Under the pieces are notes generated by a model, which saw only the letters and a program-made list of their open reading frames with translations, searched no databases and was not told where the DNA came from. From the IMG/VR virus record IMGVR_UViG_3300026766_000001, positions 1 to 64,000 of that record: 64,000 nt of DNA; one strand, written 5' to 3'. Each line of letters begins with the position of its first letter. Within the stretch, counting starts at the first letter, position 1. Shown here one piece after another: positions 44,929 through 53,908 of this stretch. A program made the position numbers and the translations under genes. The stretch is from a virus. Taxonomy: Duplodnaviria; Caudoviricetes.

Positions 44929-45587
44929 GGAGTGGACTCCGAATGGTGGCCGAGCCCGTGGTAGGGTCGAAGTTCGGCGCTGCCTTTGACGTACAGGGGG
45001 TGTCGGGGATGCCCGCTCGCGGTCAGGCCGAGTGCGAAAACAGGTCGCTGGCCAATCCAGCCGAGCATAGTCTCCCCCTGGTCCAGATAGCCACCGTTGA
45101 CGCCCCATGCGCAGACGATGAGGGCAGCCGTCTCGGCGGCCCGCTCAACCCATAACTGATTTTCGGGGCCCACCAAATTGTCTTTGTAGCTGAGGGCCAA
45201 CAGATCGGCGGGGCGCGTCGCGCGGTGCGCGAACAAGTTGACCACTTCCAACCGCTCGAAGTTCCAACGGGCGGCGAAGGAGACGCAGCGCCGGATGGTC
45301 GGATCGTCCTGCTCGCCGTCAGCTGTTGAGGGGTTGAGCATAATGAACAGACAAGCCCGCGGCTCGCCGAGAGGATCTCCTTTCCCGTCCATTGCGCCTT
45401 CGACCCACTTCCAGTTCTTCGGATCGTGCGTCCCGCGCCACTCCCGCCACAGCAGGTAGCGGTAGCGCTCATCCTTCGAGATATGCGCGCCGGCGTCATT
45501 GTACCTCATTTCACATCTCATCGGCCTCAACGTGGAACCGCTACTGGCGATCGCCTCGCTCCACTCGTTCACATTGGTTCTCGCCAT
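44925..45587 (-). CDS. DUF1643-family protein
   Basis: YRY.LWR.W...FIMLNPSTAD...DDPTIRRC..FA.......VVNLFA.RAT.P...AWG..G...HPLY. Confidence 0.85.
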   Translation of the reverse strand: MARTNVNEWSEAIASSGSTLRPMRCEMRYNDAGAHISKDERYRYLLWREWRGTHDPKNWKWVEGAMDGKGDPLGEPRACLFIMLNPSTADGEQDDPTIRRCVSFAARWNFERLEVVNLFAHRATRPADLLALSYKDNLVGPENQLWVERAAETAALIVCAWGVNGGYLDQGETMLGWIGQRPVFALGLTASGHPRHPLYVKGSAELRPYHGLGHHSESTP

Positions 45588-45756
45588 TTTGGTTCGGCCG
45601 CTTTCCATCGGTCTCTCATTAAGACAAGATTCCTCCTGAGGTCTTGGCCTGTTCCGAGGCGACCATTGAAGCCGTCGTCCCACCAGTGACCGTATTGGCG
45701 CGCCCATTGTAGCCACGCGACGATCCATCGGACGCGCTCTACAAGGCGGCGCATCC

Positions 45757-47328
45757 TCACAGCAGAGCCCTCTTCATCCGCGCTGCGAACTCCAGCACCG
45801 CGCGCCAGCGGTTCGCTCCCGGCGCGGGAGCGCGTAGAATGAGTGGGCACCGGCGTTGTTTGGGCCTGGCATCTTTGAACAGGCCGACCAAGTGGCGCCC
45901 CCACAGGCACAGCCCATCCGCCTTCCGCAACTTCATAGCCGGCCGGAACACGGTGGAAAGGCGCGACCGCTGGGCCGGCTTGGCGCGGTGAGCGCAGCCG
46001 CTGCAGTCACGTGTCCAGAACTTCCCCGATCCGTCGTACTTCGTCGGGAACGCCTCGGGCGGTCGGCGGATGTTGACGAGATCGCTCATCGCCCCATGTT
46101 GGCGTCGTGGCACCGCTTGAGCTTTTTCCGATCTTCCGGCGCCATGCCTTCGTGAGCCATCTTCTTGTGGGCTTCCACGATCCTGAGGTGCTCCTGGCCT
46201 TTGAGATCTTCCGGCTCCGGACCTGTGGGCATCTTCATGACGCAGCTCCTTTCTCTTCTTCGTCCAAGCGGATCAAGTTGCGGTGCATAGCCTCCAGTCT
46301 ACGCTTCAACCTCTCCGCCACCAAGGCCTTCGCGCGGTCTCCACTATCCCAGGCGCAGCGCGCCTCGTCGGCAGCCTTGCCAATGCGCCACCAGATCTCA
46401 ATCAGAAGGTCGCGCAGCATTATTCCTCCAGCGCCTTCAGGGCCGCGGCTACTCGCGCCTCGTGTCCTGGTGAGCGATGTTGCATTTCGGGGTTGGGGTC
46501 CACGCCCTCCTTCTCCTGCCAGACGCGACGCTCCGCCAGCCAATGCTCGTAGGCCGGCGTACCGTCGAGCCCGAAGACCTCGCGCGCCGGCCGCAGCTCG
46601 CCGAGCCTTGCTGCGAGGTCGCGCAGTATGGCCTCGATCGTGGGTCCGGACGGCTGGGTCGGGTGCTGCTCCACGACCTCGAGCCATATACTCAGCGGTA
46701 CGTATTCCAGGCGACCGTCCGCGGTCCAGCCGATCGGAATCTGGGGTTCGGAGGTCACTCTTGATCTCCGTCGCGCGCGAGCATTTGGTCATTTGCCCGT
46801 TGCGCCCAGCGTTCGGCGGCAAGGAGCGTGGGCAAGCCCGACCTAACGACCTTCTCGTCCGGCTGGACCGGCATGGACTCCCCAAGTGGACGACAGTGTC
46901 CGCCGTGCCCCTGCGCCACCTTGAACGTTTGATCGATTCCGGGGCGGTAGTTATATGCCATGTGAATCCTCGGGATTCCTGCCGTCGAGGATGGCACGGA
47001 GTCTCTGTAACGGTGCGCTCGTGATTCCGTAAGTGCATTGGTCGGCAATGGCTCGCAGCTCGGGCCAGGCGTTGTACCGCCTAGCCGCCGCAGCGTAGCC
47101 GGCGGCGCGCTGCTTATCATTCTTCCATATGCCGCGCTCGGGAGCCAGGAAGTGGTGATCGAACTCGGTGTGGTGGCTCAGCCTCTCCGGCAGCGGCTCC
47201 TCTTCCGGGTCCCATGTCACTAGGCCGGTGTCTTCCAGGTAGCGGGCAATAGCGTCCCACCACGATTCTTGAGTTGGGCGGAGCCCCGTCTTGATGGGAA
47301 GCTCGGCGAGGAATTGGCTCTTCTTCAT
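45757..47328 (-). other. Cluster of small hypothetical ORFs (e.g. 45757-46089, 46420-46758, 46951-47328)
   Basis: Short coupled ORFs with RBSs downstream of the promoter at 47363-47392. Confidence 0.5.
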
Positions 47329-47362
47329 GCTTGCTCCCTTCTTCGTTACTTCTATACTCTCG

Positions 47363-47392
47363 ATTGTATCGCGCTCAAGATCGCCGCGTCAA
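47363..47392 (-). promoter_or_regulatory. Sigma70-type promoter
   Basis: TTGACG-18nt-TACAAT on the minus strand. Confidence 0.7.
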
Positions 47393-48780
47393 GTGCGCGC
47401 GCGAATCGAGTAGTACGCGACGCCGTCCGTTTCGGTTCGCGCCAGATCGCCGGCCGGATCGAGGCAATCGCAATCCATCAGGAAGGTAAGAAAGCCGGAA
47501 TCCTCCGCCGGCCAGGCCTCTGCCCAGGCGGGATTCACCGCGCCGTCGCGCCACAGGCCGAGCTCGGCCGCGCGCGCCGCCAACGCCTTCGCGGTCTCGG
47601 TCGCGATCCCGAACCACTTCTCGAAGGACGACACCTTCGTCACCCCGAACCAACCCGACACCAGGGCGAAGACCACGACGTCCTCGGGGATACCCTCTTT
47701 CTCCGCCGCGCCGATGACGTCGGCGAGCCCGGGGGGCGCCGCGACGGCCGCCTTCACCGCCTCGCGCTGCTCGAAGAGGTGGCGCTTCGCCTCGGTCGGC
47801 ATTCCCGCCCACCTCTTCCGGCCGTACTCGGTCCGCTGGGCCGGCGTCCACTTGTTCATGCGCAAGCGGGAGTTCGCGCGGATCCGCTCGAGGCCGGCCG
47901 CGCTGAAGCCCTTCCGGCGCAGCGTCTCGGCCGCCTTCCTCGTCCGTTCCGCGCGCGCCTCGGCCGGCCGGGAGTGAGTGGCCGCCGCGCCCATCTTCGC
48001 GATCTCGCGCCGGCGCTCGGGGTCCATCTTCGCCGCCCCCTTCTTGCAGCCCTTGACCAGGTTCTCTCGCGGCTGCGTGGCCAAGCGCGTCCTCGCCGCC
48101 CGCTGGCCGATCTCGCGGCGTTGCTCGGGCGTCCTCGCCGCCCACTGGCGCTGGATCGCCGCGGTCACCTTCGGATTCGGCCCCCGCGGGCCAGGAGGCG
48201 GCGCCGGTGGCCAGGTGAAACACCGCAGGCACGAGGTGCACCGGTAGGTGAACCTGCCATGGCTGGCGCGCTGGTGCCGACTGGACGACCCGCCGCAGGA
48301 TGGACATTGCGGGTTCGGAGGACCATTCTCCTGCGCCTGCATCATCGTGGCGGGCGGTGGGGAGTGCGCGTTTTTCGACCTGGAACTTGCAATCGGATCG
48401 TCGTGACTACTCACCACCAGCGCAGGCGCGACGTCCTGGTGGGCGATTTCACCCGCCTGGGCGTCCTCGGCTTCCTCACGGGCGACTTGGCGCTTGGGCG
48501 AATTTTCCCTCCACAGCTGCTCCGCGAGCTCCAACTGCCGCGGGGTGAGGAAGCCCTTGTCGGCCAGCTGATTGGCGAGGTCGCGGGAGATGGGGTGCTG
48601 GAGTGCCAGCCATTTCTTGAGCCCCGGGTGCTGCCTCAGGAACTCCGGTGCATCGGACCTTCGCCTGCCGGGGCGAAGGTGCTCGGGCACTGGGCCCTGG
48701 AATTGCGACCTGTCGATTCCACCGGAGGTCGCCTGGCGACTGCCCGTGAAGGCGCGGCCGGTCTCGCGAGAGCCGGCCAT
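47389..48780 (-). CDS. Basic protein with zinc ribbon and KGG/NUMOD3-like repeats
   Basis: CPSCGG...YRCTSC; TPEQRREIGQRAA and MDPERRREIAKMGAAAT repeats. Confidence 0.55.
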   Translation of the reverse strand: MAGSRETGRAFTGSRQATSGGIDRSQFQGPVPEHLRPGRRRSDAPEFLRQHPGLKKWLALQHPISRDLANQLADKGFLTPRQLELAEQLWRENSPKRQVAREEAEDAQAGEIAHQDVAPALVVSSHDDPIASSRSKNAHSPPPATMMQAQENGPPNPQCPSCGGSSSRHQRASHGRFTYRCTSCLRCFTWPPAPPPGPRGPNPKVTAAIQRQWAARTPEQRREIGQRAARTRLATQPRENLVKGCKKGAAKMDPERRREIAKMGAAATHSRPAEARAERTRKAAETLRRKGFSAAGLERIRANSRLRMNKWTPAQRTEYGRKRWAGMPTEAKRHLFEQREAVKAAVAAPPGLADVIGAAEKEGIPEDVVVFALVSGWFGVTKVSSFEKWFGIATETAKALAARAAELGLWRDGAVNPAWAEAWPAEDSGFLTFLMDCDCLDPAGDLARTETDGVAYYSIRART

Positions 48781-48781
48781 C

Positions 48782-48976
48782 TTATTCGGTTCCGGAAACC
48801 GGACACCGCGCGGCGAACTCGAGGCGCAATGTGACTTGCCCGCCGCCAGGAACGGGCGGCTGAAGCTCGACATCGGCTCTAGTGGAATCGCCGCCATTGA
48901 GCCCCGCCGCGATGCTTTTCACGCATGAAGCAATTCGCTCGCTCAGATCGCCGATTTGTTCGTCTCTCTTCGCCAC
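48782..48976 (-). CDS. Small hypothetical protein
   Basis: AGGAG RBS before GTG. Confidence 0.5.
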   Translation of the reverse strand: MAKRDEQIGDLSERIASCVKSIAAGLNGGDSTRADVELQPPVPGGGQVTLRLEFAARCPVSGTE

Positions 48977-48992
48977 GTTCTCCTCTCTTTCT

Positions 48993-49214
48993 TTAAGTGC
49001 AGTCCTCCGCTTCCGCCGCCCGTCGTAGCACGCTGCGTATCCAATCGGACATCCGAGCGTCGGGCCTCGGTAACGACAGCCGCCGCGCCCACCGTTCGGC
49101 AGCTCGACGATATGATTCGTGCTCCTCGAGGTCCACCCGGAAGTTCACTAAACCGAGCCTTTCACGTCGTTGCGGTACCGCCGCGGCCTTCGCTTTCCGT
49201 CGTATGTCCGCCAT
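48993..49214 (-). CDS. Ribbon-helix-helix DNA-binding protein
   Basis: LVNFRVDLEEHESYRRAAE...MSDWIRSVL. Confidence 0.7.
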   Translation of the reverse strand: MADIRRKAKAAAVPQRRERLGLVNFRVDLEEHESYRRAAERWARRLSLPRPDARMSDWIRSVLRRAAEAEDCT

Positions 49215-49243
49215 ACCAATGACGCTATCATAAAGACCAAGGC

Positions 49244-49272
49244 TTGACAAGGGCGCAACCGCGAGGTACGCT
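49244..49272 (+). promoter_or_regulatory. Sigma70-type promoter divergent from the RHH gene
   Basis: TTGACA-17nt-TACGCT. Confidence 0.7.
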
Positions 49273-49353
49273 CCCTCCGTGGCACTAGTAAGCGGGGCGC
49301 TGACGGAGAAAGATCGAGTCCCCGCGCCAGCACCATTGCCAAAGGAGAGACCA

Positions 49354-49645
49354 ATGGATGCGAAGTCCACAGAAGATCGGCGCGAGGAACTGCTAGCAGA
49401 GCAGGCCCGCCTCCAGGCTGAGGTTCAAGGACCTGGAGCACCAGTGCGCCTTGCAAATTTCCCAGAGAAAGGCGAAGGCGGCTCAGATCATTCTTGAGCT
49501 AACGCGGCTGAAGAGACTGAGGCGGTTCGCACTGGAAACGGAATTCTTGTCGATCGCAAGGGAGGAATTGGACGCGCCGACGTTCCGACGCCTCTACTCG
49601 CTTGCGCATCAGCGGGCAGGGCTTTCTGACGAGCCGGCAACCTGA
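49354..49645 (+). pseudogene. Coiled-coil protein split by one extra G
   Basis: LLAEQARLQAE then (extra G at 49423) FKDLEHQCALQISQRKAKAAQIILEL... Confidence 0.6.
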
Positions 49646-49813
49646 AGGACGTGGTTGTCGAATTGATCCTGACGGAGATAGGCTGACATGAGGAAAAGGA
49701 CTGGCGACGATCCAGCCGCTTCCGCCGCCGCCAGTAAAAACAAACTCTACCCCGGAGGCGACCTCTGATCGCCAACGGATAACGCGGCTCCGCAAAGAAA
49801 GGAACCAAGAGAA

Positions 49814-50335
49814 ATGAGCTTGATCGACAGAATTGTGAATGAACTGAACACCTTTACCAAGAGCGCGGCAAAGGATGCGGTCCTTTTGCGAACAACCGAG
49901 AGTTCCCTGAGGAAGAACGTGGCTGACGCCCAAGAGACTCTTAAACTGGCGGTAATTGTTTACGAGTCCTTGGAGCCCGAAGCTGTCGACAACTTTTGGG
50001 CACACGAAGTTTATGCGCCGTACTGTCACGAATCGGCCCCTGTCTACCTGAAAAATCTTGACGAAGCCGTACAACGCTTCAAGGAGGGAGTTCAGGCCCG
50101 AAGGGACCAAGCGGTAGCCGATCGGGTCCAAGCGAAGGCAACCCACACCAATGCCGTGGCGACGGATTCGAACGTGAGGCCCGGGGTTGGTGCGGCGCCT
50201 GCTGACGGCGCGCCCGTTATGCCGGCAGGGCCCGGCAAAACCCTCGTTGACGATTCGGTCTTAGAGGCGTTACTCGTGCTTCTCCGCGACGCGCTCGCCA
50301 GCGCAGAGGCTACGATCGCCGCCCTCAAGGAATAA
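49814..50335 (+). CDS. Hypothetical protein
   Basis: 173-aa ORF with an AAGGA-like RBS. Confidence 0.6.
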   Translation: MSLIDRIVNELNTFTKSAAKDAVLLRTTESSLRKNVADAQETLKLAVIVYESLEPEAVDNFWAHEVYAPYCHESAPVYLKNLDEAVQRFKEGVQARRDQAVADRVQAKATHTNAVATDSNVRPGVGAAPADGAPVMPAGPGKTLVDDSVLEALLVLLRDALASAEATIAALKE

Positions 50336-50342
50336 TCCTGCG

Positions 50343-51338
50343 CTAAGCCGCCCGCCGGCGCGACCCCGCCTCAATCAGCTCCAGGGTCTCGAAACACCGG
50401 CAGTGGGGGTGCGCCGGCGGGCCTCCCTTGTACGCGTGCCGGTAGCTGCCGCCGATTGGCGCCAGGGAGCCACGGAGTGGCCCGCAGACAGGGCAGGGGG
50501 CCGGGTTCGCCCGCCGATTCCAGCGCCGCATGTACCGGCCCCGGGGCAGAGAGCCGGACTCGATCGCCTGCTCCCACAGGGCCTTCTGCGTCTCGGTGGC
50601 GGCGCGGGCCACCTCGGTGCGGGCGATGGCCAAGGCCCGAGACGCCTTGCGCTGATCGAGTGCCGCGGCCAGCCAACTATCCACCTGCGCGGCCTGCGCG
50701 CCCGCCTGGTAGCGGTCCACGAAGGCCTCCAGGGTCACCGCGCCACGCCGGCGCTGGCGGTAGACCTCCTCGAGCGCCCAGCGGGGGACGCGGTTCGACC
50801 GCAGGGCCACTTCGAGCTTGAGCTGCCGGCCTGCCCTGGCTGTGTCAAGGCCAATGTGCTCGCGCAACTGCCGGGCGATCTTCTCGACGGGCAGGCCGTC
50901 GCGGATCCCGTTGGCCACCACCTCCCGAACCGTCTCCCGCGCCTTGGCAGACAGGCCGGTGATCAGCTTTCCGACGGTGGCGCGCGCGGTCCTGGGTGCC
51001 GCGGCGAGGAAAGCGTCGACCGAGACGGGCTTCACCACCAACGGGGAGGCGTTGAGGTCGCGCAGCGCCGCCAAGCCGCCGCGGCGCACGATCCCGAGGA
51101 CGATCCTTGTGGCATCCACTTGGAAGGTGCCCAGGATGGTCCGGACCTCGAGGAGGACCTCCAGCTTGGAGAGGTCAGCGGCGGCTACCGGCACCTTGAC
51201 CTTGGAAAGCAGCGTCGCCACAGCCTCCAGACTCACGGAGCCGCGGCCCCGATCGACGGCGGCCTCCCAGGCGGTGACGAGGGCGGCGGACTGGCGGTCT
51301 GCGGTGGAGCGAAGGGCTGAATTCACCCTTGTTCTCAA
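50343..51338 (-). CDS. MuF/SPP1 gp7-like head morphogenesis protein
   Basis: RALAIARTEVARA...CPVC..L.G...PPAHPHCRC. Confidence 0.85.
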   Translation of the reverse strand: MRTRVNSALRSTADRQSAALVTAWEAAVDRGRGSVSLEAVATLLSKVKVPVAAADLSKLEVLLEVRTILGTFQVDATRIVLGIVRRGGLAALRDLNASPLVVKPVSVDAFLAAAPRTARATVGKLITGLSAKARETVREVVANGIRDGLPVEKIARQLREHIGLDTARAGRQLKLEVALRSNRVPRWALEEVYRQRRRGAVTLEAFVDRYQAGAQAAQVDSWLAAALDQRKASRALAIARTEVARAATETQKALWEQAIESGSLPRGRYMRRWNRRANPAPCPVCGPLRGSLAPIGGSYRHAYKGGPPAHPHCRCFETLELIEAGSRRRAA

Positions 51339-51609
51339 TCCTGAACGATGATGACTTGCGCGGGATCCTCCAGGAGCGCCAAGACGCGACTCCAGTCGGG
51401 TTGCGACGGAGAACTCGGCGGCGCCTCACCGAGGGCCCACTTCCCGATGATCTCGACGGCTTCGTCGGTAAAATCGACCACGTATTCGTCCGTCTCAACG
51501 CGCATCATTTTCCCTTCGGCTCCCAGAGCCAGATGGCTATGGCAAACGGTAGAGCAGCTCGGCGCCCCGCCGCGGTCTGCTGGCTACCGCAAGAGGTCCA
51601 CTACCAGCA

Positions 51610-51906
51610 TCAGCCCTCCGGGAACTCCGGATTGGCCTCGTTCCTGATTGCCATGGCGTAGGCATTAGACCCGACGTACTTCTGGGAGCGCTCCAAGAAG
51701 CGGTCGAGGGTCTGGAAGATGCCCAGGCTGATCTGGTCCTGGGTCAAGGCCTCGGGGATCTTCTCATCGGCGTCTCGGCGTGTCTTGCTGAAGATGCAGC
51801 CCGTGCAGTTGCAGCTGCCTGCGACGTTCGAGCCTCCCGGCTCTCGATCCGAGTACGAAGTACCCAGGTGGCGCAGCGTTTCGGTGGTCAAGATCAGTGC
51901 CTTCAT
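51610..51906 (-). CDS. Chimeric small ORF containing a tape-measure fragment
   Basis: KIPEALTQDQISLGIFQTLDRFLERSQKY versus TMP KIPEALTQDQISLGIFQTLYRFLEGSQKY. Confidence 0.55.
   Translation of the reverse strand: MKALILTTETLRHLGTSYSDREPGGSNVAGSCNCTGCIFSKTRRDADEKIPEALTQDQISLGIFQTLDRFLERSQKYVGSNAYAMAIRNEANPEFPEG
51675..51762 (-). repeat. 88-bp dispersed repeat of tape-measure segment 22226-22313
   Basis: Same orientation; 84/88 identical by manual alignment. Confidence 0.95.
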
Positions 51907-52557
51907 TTGCTTGCCTCACTTTGAAAGACGATAGTGGACAGGTGGACGTTGCGAAGCGGGCGGGCCAGGGCTCGCGCGGCTTCGATGGCTACGGCGGTGG
52001 CCATCAGCCCGCTCCCGCCGCTCGCTTCAGCGCAGCAAGATCGCGAGCAGGCCGAGGGCGGCGATGCCGGTCTTCACTCTCCGCAGCGCCTCCATGGCGC
52101 CCCTGGTGGCTGGCGCGACCCCGTTCTTCTCCTCCTTCCACTCCGCGATTTCCTTGGAGATCACCTTCAACGCCTCCGTCTTCGAGATCATTTTCTTGGC
52201 CACGTGTCCTCCTTTCGGGAGATTCGCTCAAGTCGAGCAGCGGAACGGCTCTACTCCAAAACGCCTTGCCGCACGGACTCCTCGGGACCCTTTGCCGAGT
52301 TTTCGCTGTCGGCCACAGCCTTGGCTTCACGCCAGCCCACCTGCCGTACGAGAGTTCTCCGGGAATGCTTACGCCCGACCGTGGGTCAATCTGGTCATCG
52401 GATTGACCAGCGGGGCACGGACCGTTGAACGCCTATGGCGTTTTCTAGCCTGCCGTTCGCGCTTTCCCGGGTTCTCGTGACGACGACTTGCGCTCATGCG
52501 TGCCGTTACCTCATCCAGCTACTCAACCGCGTCCGTTCCGCTGCTCGCTTCAACAAA

Positions 52558-52863
52558 TCACCCAATCTCGCCGCTCCTGATCCGGGCGGCCAGGGCGCGG
52601 ACCAAAGCCTTCGGGCACCGGGAGTCGTGCTCGCTCACCACGGATTGGTAATGACCGGCCGAGCGGTAGACGGCCCTGCTGTTCTTCAGCTCGTCGCAGG
52701 CGCACTCCTGCTCGCGGCGCGCCGCCTCGATCCCGGCGGCGATGGACTCGCGGAGGGCGGTCCGACCGGCGTCCCAGACCTCTTCCGCCAGATTGATCCG
52801 ACGCGCGTCAACGTCCGGATATAGAGGGGCGCGCTTGCGATCCCACCAGTCCTCGAAGGTCAT
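52558..52863 (-). CDS. CxC-H-C motif protein
   Basis: CACDEL..S.A.YR..GHYQ....EHDSRCPKAL. Confidence 0.65.
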   Translation of the reverse strand: MTFEDWWDRKRAPLYPDVDARRINLAEEVWDAGRTALRESIAAGIEAARREQECACDELKNSRAVYRSAGHYQSVVSEHDSRCPKALVRALAARIRSGEIG

Positions 52864-53287
52864 GGTTTCACCCCCAGCCGGGCGAGCAGGGCTTCCAGGG
52901 CGACGGCGGCTCCCTGCTGAATGCCCGCTTCGTAGACGCTTGAAGTTTTTCGCTCCCGCTCCGTCCTGATCCGCCTGCGGACGGCGGCTACGACCTCGGA
53001 GCGGTCTAGGAACTCGCCATCGAGCCGCGACTCAAGCTCCCCGCCGAGTTCGCCGTAAACAACGCTGTACCGCTTCAGCAGCTTCGCCATCAGCCGGCCC
53101 TCCGCTCGAAGTCGCCGCCTTCGATCATGTCGGCTGCGTAGTACAGCTCTTCCGCGATCGTCCGACTGCCGTCTACCTCGCGGGCTCGCTGTCGCAGTCC
53201 TGCAGCGATGACCTGGCGTAGCTCGGCCTTAGCTCGTTCCCGTGCCTTCCATCCCTTGCTTCCCGGTTGCGGTATCGGACTTGCCAT
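52860..53287 (-). other. Two small hypothetical ORFs (52860-53090, 53090-53287)
   Basis: Coupled stops and starts; follow the leaderless promoter. Confidence 0.55.
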
Positions 53288-53293
53288 GCACCT

Positions 53294-53323
53294 ATGCTAG
53301 ACTAGGTTCGGAGCGGCTGTCAA
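53294..53323 (-). promoter_or_regulatory. Sigma70-type promoter, probably leaderless
   Basis: TTGACA-18nt-TAGCAT-6nt-ATG(53287). Confidence 0.7.
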
Positions 53324-53345
53324 CCTCTTCGAAAGGAGACGTGCG

Positions 53346-53705
53346 ATGCTTACTGGATCAGCGGTCTTGAAGGAGAAGGAGGACGCCGAGCGGCGCGGCA
53401 ACCGGCAGGGATACGGCGCGGGCGCCGCTGCCGAGCGCGCCGCCTGTGCCAAGTTGGTCCGGGCGGCGGGGTGCATCTGCTCCAAGCTCAGCGGCTCCAA
53501 GGCCCGATACCGGCCCTTTGGGCATTACCAGGTCGCGCTCGAAGAACATGATCCGCGGTGCCCCAAAGCCCTCGCCAAGGCAATCGAGGCCCGCGGGAAG
53601 CTGCCGGCGGAGGCCGGCGCGGGGGCTGAGCCCGCCCTCCCTGACCCAGAGGGCGCTCTGCGCCTGTTCAAGTCGGCCGGCGAGGAGGTGGACCGTGAGT
53701 CGTGA
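53346..53705 (+). CDS. CxC-H-C motif protein (paralog of 52558-52863)
   Basis: CICSKL..S.A.YR..GHYQ....EHDPRCPKAL; AGGAG RBS. Confidence 0.65.
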   Translation: MLTGSAVLKEKEDAERRGNRQGYGAGAAAERAACAKLVRAAGCICSKLSGSKARYRPFGHYQVALEEHDPRCPKALAKAIEARGKLPAEAGAGAEPALPDPEGALRLFKSAGEEVDRES

Positions 53706-53908
53706 CCCGCACGCTGGTGATTTCGTGCCGCCAATGACGAGCGAGTACGTCTACATGAAGATGGGGGCGGACGAGGAACGCGCCCGCATCCGCCGGGAGT
53801 TGCTGGCGGCTGTCGAGAAGTCGGCCTGGTCCACCGCTGCGGGCGCTATCGTCGTAGACCTTGCCGACGTTCTGGCCGCCATCGATCGCGTCTGCCCGGA
53901 GGTGCCCA

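Noticed and set aside
22226-51762. Diversity-generating retroelement (TR/VR pair) for the 88-bp repeat
   Set aside because: Three of four mismatches are at A only on the non-coding strand, one is C/G, no reverse transcriptase is in the window, and neither copy is at a gene 3' end
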